DNA of 24,825 bases from an uncultured Methanosarcinales archaeon (GTDB lineage Archaea; Nanobdellota; Nanobdellia; Woesearchaeales; CAYZNE01): the NCBI GenBank assembly GCA_964478955.1, contig CAYZNE010000002.1:1-24825 (forward strand), read 5' to 3'. Of this stretch, positions 9,436 to 15,320 are shown one piece after another. The notes under the pieces were generated by a model. It ran no database searches, was not told the DNA's origin, and saw nothing but the letters and a program-made list of their open reading frames with translations. Position 1 is the stretch's first letter; each line of letters opens with the position of its first letter. The position numbers and the translations under genes are program-made.

Positions 9436-9452
9436 AAAGAAATCTTTATAAA
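9436..9452 (+). promoter_or_regulatory. BRE/TATA promoter of tRNA-Ile(UAU)
   Basis: AAAGAAATC followed by TTTATAAA ending 28 nt upstream of the tRNA. Confidence 0.6.
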
Positions 9453-9479
9453 TAGTTTATTTCTTCTTAACTTATAGAA

Positions 9480-9589
9480 GAGTCCGTAGCTTAGTCCGGT
9501 GGAGCGCTGGTCTTATATGGCCAAATCTCGTTTTAGAGGTTTTGTTCTAAGCTAGCCAGTGGTCGGGGGTTCAAATCCCCTCGGACTCA
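9480..9589 (+). tRNA. tRNA-Ile(UAU) with 36-nt intron (9518-9553) at canonical 37/38
   Basis: Acceptor GAGTCCG/CGGACTC; anticodon stem CTGGT/GCCAG; spliced loop CT-TAT-AA. BHB motif: central helix CTTA/TAAG with two 3-nt bulges (TAT, CTA). Body almost identical to tRNA-Ile(GAU) at 11949. Confidence 0.92.
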
Positions 9590-9717
9590 TTTTTTTTAAT
9601 GAGTTTGTTTTTGGGGTTTGAACTTGTTCCTTTGGTGCAGGAAATCTTTATTTTCCGCACAAATCCCCTCGGACTCATTTTTTTTAATGAGTTTGTTTTT
9701 GGGGTTTGAACTTGTTC
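9572..9717 (+). repeat. Perfect 58-bp direct repeat x2 (9572-9629, 9660-9717) starting in the tRNA T-loop
   Basis: CAAATCCCCTCGGACTCA-T8-AATGAGTTTGTTTTTGGGGTTTGAACTTGTTC occurs twice, period 88. Confidence 0.93.
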
Positions 9718-9734
9718 TGTAGAGTTTTGCTCGA

Positions 9735-9793
9735 GGCACCAAAAATTTTTGATTTTTGAGGGCTTATGGCACCAACAGCAAGCTGTTGAGTAC
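9735..9793 (+). repeat. Bulged-A hairpin element, copies 5 and 6 in tandem
   Basis: GGCAC CAAAAAT TTTTG ATTTTTG A GGGC (9735-9763) and GGCAC CAACAG CAAG CTGTTG A GTAC (9768-9793). Confidence 0.75.
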
Positions 9794-9795
9794 AT

Positions 9796-9811
9796 AATCC
9801 CCTCGGACTCA
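9796..9811 (+). repeat. Third copy of the tRNA-Ile 3' end (att-like)
   Basis: AATCCCCTCGGACTCA, identical to 9574-9589. Confidence 0.9.
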
Positions 9812-9890
9812 CTTCCTTTTCTCAGGCATTTGAAAATAAGATATTTAATCAGAAAATATTATATAGTAAGACTTCTCAGTTAAGTAGTAT

Positions 9891-10688
9891 ATGAAGAATA
9901 AAGAGATATTCAATTGGCTAGTAAGAGAACATGTTGGTAGAGATTGGATGAATGTAAGACCCTATGTTAGAGAAGGAGTTTTAGGCTCAATGAAAGTTGT
10001 CCCTGGAAATACAGAAAATCCTTATTATGGGGGAATTTTAATTTTTGCAAAAGGAAAAAGGTTTGCAGCCAATCTTAAAAAGATGAATATTGTACTTGTA
10101 GGGAAAATGAATGTTTCTTATAATATTTCTACATTTGATAGATTTAGCAGATACTGCAAGAAGTTTCGTGTTGAAGACGGTGCAACCGTTATAGATAAAA
10201 ACAATGCTTTTGCATACTATATTTCTGTGTTTAATAATAATCCTCAGATATTCTGGACATTTAAAGAAAGGTGGGATTTTGCATTTAAAGGAATATACAA
10301 AATTTACAAGATTGGAAAGATGCTTCCATCTGATTTCAAAGACCATAAAGGACTAAATAAAGTTGGCGAATCAATGGATTTGATAGGAAATAAAACTTAT
10401 GTTGCCATTGTTCTCCCTCAAGCTTATCCAAGGGTTCATACATTTCAAATAAAAAGAACTGCATACACTCCTCTTGGAATGGGTAAAGTAACTCATTTCG
10501 ATAGTGAAGGATTGTTAGAAGAATTTTATCTTGTGTACATGCCTAGTTACAAAGGAGAATTTCTAGACGCAAAACACAAAGTTGTTGGCATCTACAGGTA
10601 TTATGATAGAAGTAGAGGAGTAAAAAAGATATTCCGAAGAGAATTGATTATTGGGTGCAGTGATTTGAAACAGATTGGGATGAATTAA
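9891..10688 (+). CDS. Hypothetical protein, possible divergent DAC (DisA_N-like) fold
   Basis: GGILIF strand, EDGATVID (DGA motif), LIGNKTYVAI where DAC enzymes have LGxRHxAA. Overlaps tatD by 4 bp, convergent. Confidence 0.5.
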   Translation: MKNKEIFNWLVREHVGRDWMNVRPYVREGVLGSMKVVPGNTENPYYGGILIFAKGKRFAANLKKMNIVLVGKMNVSYNISTFDRFSRYCKKFRVEDGATVIDKNNAFAYYISVFNNNPQIFWTFKERWDFAFKGIYKIYKIGKMLPSDFKDHKGLNKVGESMDLIGNKTYVAIVLPQAYPRVHTFQIKRTAYTPLGMGKVTHFDSEGLLEEFYLVYMPSYKGEFLDAKHKVVGIYRYYDRSRGVKKIFRRELIIGCSDLKQIGMN

Positions 10689-11461
10689 AGAAACAATCTT
10701 TGGTAATTGAGATAAATGTTATTTGCAACTTCTTCTTCATCTAATTGCTTTAGCTCTGCAATCTTTTTAATGACAACAATTACATTGCTAGAATCATTTA
10801 TCTGACCTTTTGATGGTGCAAGAAATGGTGCATCTGTTTCTGTAAATAATTTGTTTAAGGGTGTGCTTTTTATTATGCTATGAAAATGCAATGCCCTTTC
10901 AACATTAGTTGGAATAGAGAAATACCATCCATTGTTAATTATCCTTTGAATAAATTTTTTCTTTCCTGAAAAGCAGTGCATAATAACTTTCTTAGCTTTC
11001 ATTTCTTCTAATGCAATTATTGTGTCTTCTTCTGCCTTCCTTGAATGCACAATAATTGGAATATCTTTATCAATACTTATCTGTATTAATTTTTTAAAAT
11101 ATTTTATCATTCTTTGCTTTGTTTCATCTGAGAAAAATACTTTATGCTCATGGCCTTTTCCTTGAAAATAATCAAGACCAACTTCACCTATTGCAATACA
11201 CTTATTATTTCTAATAAACTCAAGTTCTTTTTCTAATTGCTCATCAGTATACTCTGCAATATGTGTAGGATAAAATCCTAATGCAGGTTTAACAATATTA
11301 TACTTTTTAGCTAATTCTAAAACATTCCTATTGCTTTCAGGCTCTGTTCCTTGGGTTATGATTACTTTAACACCAGCATTCCTGCATTTAGAAATAACTT
11401 CATCAATTCTCTCAATTAAGCCCTTATAGCTTAAATGGGCATGCACATCAATTAATTCCAT
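10685..11461 (-). CDS. tatD: TatD-family nuclease
   Basis: IDVHAH, GFYP, IGEVGLD, IVHSR, MHCF, TETDAP. Confidence 0.95.
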   Translation of the reverse strand: MELIDVHAHLSYKGLIERIDEVISKCRNAGVKVIITQGTEPESNRNVLELAKKYNIVKPALGFYPTHIAEYTDEQLEKELEFIRNNKCIAIGEVGLDYFQGKGHEHKVFFSDETKQRMIKYFKKLIQISIDKDIPIIVHSRKAEEDTIIALEEMKAKKVIMHCFSGKKKFIQRIINNGWYFSIPTNVERALHFHSIIKSTPLNKLFTETDAPFLAPSKGQINDSSNVIVVIKKIAELKQLDEEEVANNIYLNYQRLFL

Positions 11462-11548
11462 AATAGTGCATTAAATAGAATGTGTTTATTAAGTTTGTGT
11501 AGAATATAAGAATCAAAATAAGAATAAATTAAAATAATAGAATTAGGA

Positions 11549-11650
11549 TTATTTCTTTAATCTTTTACGTTTTTCTTTCTTCATTCTTTTACGTTGCCAC
11601 TTCCAACGCATTTGACCTTTCTTTTTCCAACGTCTTGAACTTCTCTTCAA
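11549..11650 (-). CDS. rpl41e: Ribosomal protein eL41 / eS32 (archaeal), 33 aa, not in the ORF track
   Basis: TTG start after GGTGA; translation MKRSSRRWKKKGQMRWKWQRKRMKKEKRKRLKK matches the archaeal L41e pattern as I recall it. Confidence 0.88.
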   Translation of the reverse strand: MKRSSRRWKKKGQMRWKWQRKRMKKEKRKRLKK

Positions 11651-11718
11651 TTTATCACCAAATTATCATATATTTTTCTTCTTGCTCTCCTAACGGAAAC
11701 CTCATATAATTTTAAATA

Positions 11719-11733
11719 TGCTCCAAATGGGAT
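11719..11733 (-). repeat. Direct copy of the tRNA-Glu 3' end
   Basis: Minus strand ATCCCATTTGGAGCA versus ATCCCGTTCGGAGCA (Glu-UUC) and ATCCCGTTTGGAGCA (Glu-CUC). Confidence 0.8.
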
Positions 11734-11752
11734 CCGTAGCAATTTCTTGCGA

Positions 11753-11782
11753 GGTGTCCAATAACCGTAGGTTATTGAGTAT
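11753..11782 (+). repeat. Bulged-A hairpin element, copy 7 (antisense to the adjacent tRNA)
   Basis: GGTGTC CAATAACC GTA GGTTATTG A GTAT. Confidence 0.75.
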
Positions 11783-11783
11783 C

Positions 11784-11802
11784 TTCGAATCTCGTTGGAA
11801 TA
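11784..11802 (+). repeat. Inverted degenerate copy of the tRNA-Glu(UUC) 3' end
   Basis: Plus strand TTCGAATCTCGTT-GGAATA versus tRNA TTCGAATCCCGTTCGGAGCA. Confidence 0.7.
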
Positions 11803-11806
11803 TAAA

Positions 11807-11881
11807 TGCTCCGAACGGGATTCGAACCCGTGTCCTCGGATCGAAAATCCGAGATGATTGACCGGACTACACCATCGGAGC
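11807..11881 (-). tRNA. tRNA-Glu(UUC)
   Basis: Acceptor GCTCCGA/TCGGAGC, anticodon arm TCGGA-TTTTCGA-TCCGA, T-loop TTCGAAT; CCA not encoded. Confidence 0.96.
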
Positions 11882-11948
11882 AAACTCTCGTAACTAATTG
11901 GATTAAACTTCTATTTAAAAGCTTTTTGAAATTAGTAGAATTATAGAA

Positions 11949-12022
11949 TGAGTCCGAGGGGATTTGAACCCCCGACCACTCGATTATCAGTCGAGCACTC
12001 CACCGGACTAAGCTACGGACTC
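11949..12022 (-). tRNA. tRNA-Ile(GAU)
   Basis: Acceptor GAGTCCG/CGGACTC, anticodon arm CTCGA-CTGATAA-TCGAG, T-loop TTCAAAT. Confidence 0.96.
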
Positions 12023-12023
12023 A

Positions 12024-12099
12024 TGGCGCCTCTGGTCAGAATCGAACTGACGACCTGTCGGTTAACAGCCGACCGCTCCAGCCGCTAAGCTACAGAGGC
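12024..12099 (-). tRNA. tRNA-Asn(GUU), CCA encoded
   Basis: Acceptor GCCTCTG/CAGAGGC, anticodon arm GTCGG-CTGTTAA-CCGAC, ends G-CCA. Confidence 0.96.
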
Positions 12100-12124
12100 A
12101 TTTAAGATTGTGAAAAAACATTTA

Positions 12125-12132
12125 TTTATAAA
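12125..12132 (-). promoter_or_regulatory. TATA box of the tRNA-Asn/tRNA-Ile unit
   Basis: TTTATAAA about 26 nt upstream of the tRNA-Asn 5' end. Confidence 0.55.
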
Positions 12133-12147
12133 TATATTGCATAGTTA

Positions 12148-14211
12148 TTATTCAAAAACACTACTTATAATTTCTTCAGCATTAAACTTCTTTAAATCTT
12201 TATATTCTTGCCCTGTTGTTATGAATAATATTGGTTTTTCAGTAACATGACTTATTGAGATTGCTGCACCACCTTTCTCATCAATGTCTGCTTTTGTTAG
12301 AATGATTCCATCAATACCAACTGATTTATTGAATTCTTTTGCCTGTTCAACACAATCATTACCAGTAATACTTTCCCCAATAAAGATTTTCATATTTGGA
12401 TTTACTACTCTAATAACTTTTTCAAGCTCTTGCATTAAATTAGAGTTGCTATGTAATCTTCCGGCAGTATCTATCAAAACCACATCTACTGATTTTGATT
12501 TTGCATGTTCTATTGTATCATATGCGACTGCAGCAGGGTCTGCACCATAGTCATGCTTGATTAACTTAGTATTAAGATTGTTTGTGTGTTCTTCTATTTG
12601 TTGGATTGCTGCAGCTCTAAATGTGTCTGATGCTGCAACCACGCATGTTAAGTTATTGTCTTGGAAATATTTTATTAATTTTCCAATTGTTGTTGTTTTC
12701 CCTGAGCCATTAACCCCAAGCATTAATATTTTGTAAGGCTTTTCTGAAGTTTTTATTTTTTCAATTAAGTCTATTGGTTCATAACCAAACAGAGACTCTA
12801 TTGTTTGTCTTAAATTGTTCAGGATTATTTCATCTATAGATCTTCTTGTTACCTTTGTGTTCTCTAGTTCTTCTTTAAGATTGAATTTTATTTTTTCAAT
12901 AACTTCTACTGCAACATTATTTTCTAGAAGTGCAACTTCAAGGTCCCAGAATAATTCATCAAATTTCTCATCTGTAATATTTAATTTTATTATCTTTTCT
13001 GACAGTTTTTTGAAGATTCCCTTTTTCTTTTGTGTTGGATCAACAAGTTTTTCTTTTTTATCTTCCTTTGCTTCTTTAACATGAACTTCTTCTTGTATGT
13101 GGGGTTTTTCAAGAGCAGGAAAGTCTTCTTTTTTTAGTAAATCTTTTTTCTTTTCAATGTGTTTTTCTACTTTCTGAGTTATTTTGTATTCCCAACCTGG
13201 TTGCCATGCTTTTCTTAATCTCCAATCTTCTGCTAGTGCTTGTGTCCAAGTTTTATTATTTAGAAGAACTTCTATTGCTAGTTGAGAATATCTGTGTGCG
13301 GCAATAGCTATGTGTTTTCCTTTGTATTTTTTATATAAGTCATTAAGAAATTTTCTTATTCTTGCAGTTACCTCGTTGTAACTTTCGCCTTTTGGATAAT
13401 TTTCATATATAGGATTATGATCTTTTTTGAATTCATTAAGTTTTGACTTATGTTGACCATTTAGTTTTCCATAATCACATTCTCTTAATCTTTTATCAAC
13501 AATTGTTTCTTTATCTGGCCAAGTTATATTTGCAGAATCAATTGCTCTTTTTAGATCTGAAGTGAATATTTTATCAAAATCATATTTTGTTTGATTAATT
13601 AATTCTTCAGATTGAGTTATTCCTAGTGCAGATAGTTCTGTTGAGTTTTGCCCCGTACATACACCTGCTTCATTATCTTTTGTTGTTCCGTGAACAAAAT
13701 AAGTTATATGCACTTCGTTTTCTGGAACTTGTTTTTTAATTTTAGTTGTTTCTTTAATTTCTTCAATTATGGGTTTTGGAGCTTCTTCAATAACTTCTTC
13801 CTTTGACTTTTCCTTTGGCTCTTCAATAACTGGTTCTTCTTTAATCTCTTCAACCTTTTCCTCTACTTCTGGTTCGGGAACAGGAACTTCTTCAACAATT
13901 TTTTTTATTATTTCCTTTGGCTCTTCAATCACGGGTTTTTCTTCAACCTTCTCTTCTTTAACTGCATCTTCAGCGTTAATCTTTGCTTGCTCTTCTGCAA
14001 TCTCTTCCTCAATAGATTTAATTTCTTCTGGTTGTTCCTCTTTTTTCTTTTTAGAAAATACTTTTTTGAAAAACCCCTTTTTCTCTTTTTCCAATTCTTG
14101 TTTTTCTTCTTCACTAATTTGATCTTCAGAAATAGTTTTAGCGTCTTCTACTATTTCCTCAGCTATTTTTTCTGAGGTTTCTTTTATTTTCTTTTTTAGG
14201 AAGCCAAACAT
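12148..14211 (-). CDS. ftsY: SRP receptor FtsY with acidic N-terminal region containing an inserted histidine-phosphatase domain
   Basis: C-terminal NG GTPase: GVNGSGKTT, DTFRAAA, DTAGR, TKAD, GGA. Residues ~167-344 carry FVHGTT, TSDLKRA, RLRECDYG, PKGES, IAAH. Confidence 0.93.
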   Translation of the reverse strand: MFGFLKKKIKETSEKIAEEIVEDAKTISEDQISEEEKQELEKEKKGFFKKVFSKKKKEEQPEEIKSIEEEIAEEQAKINAEDAVKEEKVEEKPVIEEPKEIIKKIVEEVPVPEPEVEEKVEEIKEEPVIEEPKEKSKEEVIEEAPKPIIEEIKETTKIKKQVPENEVHITYFVHGTTKDNEAGVCTGQNSTELSALGITQSEELINQTKYDFDKIFTSDLKRAIDSANITWPDKETIVDKRLRECDYGKLNGQHKSKLNEFKKDHNPIYENYPKGESYNEVTARIRKFLNDLYKKYKGKHIAIAAHRYSQLAIEVLLNNKTWTQALAEDWRLRKAWQPGWEYKITQKVEKHIEKKKDLLKKEDFPALEKPHIQEEVHVKEAKEDKKEKLVDPTQKKKGIFKKLSEKIIKLNITDEKFDELFWDLEVALLENNVAVEVIEKIKFNLKEELENTKVTRRSIDEIILNNLRQTIESLFGYEPIDLIEKIKTSEKPYKILMLGVNGSGKTTTIGKLIKYFQDNNLTCVVAASDTFRAAAIQQIEEHTNNLNTKLIKHDYGADPAAVAYDTIEHAKSKSVDVVLIDTAGRLHSNSNLMQELEKVIRVVNPNMKIFIGESITGNDCVEQAKEFNKSVGIDGIILTKADIDEKGGAAISISHVTEKPILFITTGQEYKDLKKFNAEEIISSVFE

Positions 14212-14212
14212 T

Positions 14213-14578
14213 TTAATCTTTTAATTTTTTTAAATCATTTAATTCAGTTGTTACTATGTCTCGATTTTCTTTTGTTCTTTCAATCTGTTGTAGAATTAAA
14301 TCTTTTGCTTTATCTACTGACATCTCAGTTACTATTCCATCAGTACCTATGTTTACTAGGAATTTTGAGCTGTCTGTAATCTTTGCTTTAAAGAACATTC
14401 CGTTGACGATTGGAACAAGCATTTCTTTTCCTTTTTTCTCTTTGCCAAATTCATTTATTGTTTCTTTAATAATTTCTAAATTTTGTGATTGTAATTCCAT
14501 ATCTTGTAGATATTTCTCAAGCATTTCTATGTTCTGTTGCATTCTAAACATTTCTTCATAATCTATTTGGGATTTCAT
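14213..14578 (-). CDS. pfdA: Prefoldin alpha subunit
   Basis: Coiled coils flanking the beta hairpins MLVPIVNGMFFKAKI..KFLVNIG; located between aIF6 and ftsY. Confidence 0.88.
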   Translation of the reverse strand: MKSQIDYEEMFRMQQNIEMLEKYLQDMELQSQNLEIIKETINEFGKEKKGKEMLVPIVNGMFFKAKITDSSKFLVNIGTDGIVTEMSVDKAKDLILQQIERTKENRDIVTTELNDLKKLKD

Positions 14579-15264
14579 TTTAAATATCCTAGGACTTCAT
14601 CTGCATTAGTTATTTCTGGTCCTCCTGACTCTTCTCCTATCAAGAAACCATTTTTATTAGATACAATTCCAGATTTTACATATGGTGATCCCATATTAAC
14701 TGTTCCTGTGTCTACTTTAACACCAAATGTTTCTTCAACTGTTTTTATATCTTCATTTGATGCATCTCTATGAATCAATGCTTTTTTTTGATTATTATTA
14801 ATAACTGTTGTTGCACCGACAATTTCTATGTCTGCGATCATTCCTATTTTAACATTGATTCCTAATATGTTTTTGAGTTCTTTTATTTCATCATTTGTGT
14901 AATCAGGATTAACTATTGCATTATCTCCTGAGATAAGCATGTTATTTCCAAAGCAAGTAAGTTCTGTGTTAAATACTGTAAATTCTACATTGTATTTTTT
15001 TCCTATACTTTCAAGTTCTTTAAGTTCTTTTTCAAATATGATTTCAGGAATAATTATTTTATCTTCTGTTCCATTAAGAAATACCCCTATTAGTGGTGTT
15101 CCTGCAATACTAACTTTGTGACATGGCACTTTTAGAACTTCTTCTACATCTGCTAACTCTTTTTTATTAATTGATTTAGGAACTAGTGCAAACTTATCAT
15201 TTGCATATATCATAAGTCCTATGTTTGATTCTCCGCTTATTCTGAACTTTTTTACATGTACCAT
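14575..15264 (-). CDS. eif6: Translation initiation factor aIF6
   Basis: SNIG, IAGTPLIG, GNNML, ALIH, GTVNMGSPYVKSG, NKNG repeats; 229 aa. Confidence 0.94.
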   Translation of the reverse strand: MVHVKKFRISGESNIGLMIYANDKFALVPKSINKKELADVEEVLKVPCHKVSIAGTPLIGVFLNGTEDKIIIPEIIFEKELKELESIGKKYNVEFTVFNTELTCFGNNMLISGDNAIVNPDYTNDEIKELKNILGINVKIGMIADIEIVGATTVINNNQKKALIHRDASNEDIKTVEETFGVKVDTGTVNMGSPYVKSGIVSNKNGFLIGEESGGPEITNADEVLGYLK

Positions 15265-15320
15265 TAATTTACCCCTTGTTCTCTTAGAAAATCTGGTTGT
15301 TTATAAAGATTATTGAGGAT

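Noticed and set aside
9571-9795. 74-aa minus-strand ORF with internal repeat
   Set aside because: It is the antisense translation of the 58-bp DNA repeat.
9572-9811. CRISPR array
   Set aside because: Repeats derive from the tRNA 3' end, only two are full length, spacing is irregular, and no cas genes or leader are present.
11655-11705. 16-codon ORF MRFPLGEQEEKYMIIW upstream of eL41
   Set aside because: Too short to support, no RBS; its stop simply coincides with the GGTGA site of eL41.
11719-11801. Bona fide additional tRNA gene
   Set aside because: No 7-nt anticodon loop, no TTC T-loop in the right place, mismatched first acceptor pair; reported only as a tRNA-like fold.
11647-11883. 78-aa minus-strand ORF
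   Set aside because: Runs through tRNA-Glu(UUC) and its trailer.
13790-13960. EEKVEE..PVIEEPKE duplication in FtsY as a separate repeat element
   Set aside because: Ordinary low-complexity acidic FtsY A-region.
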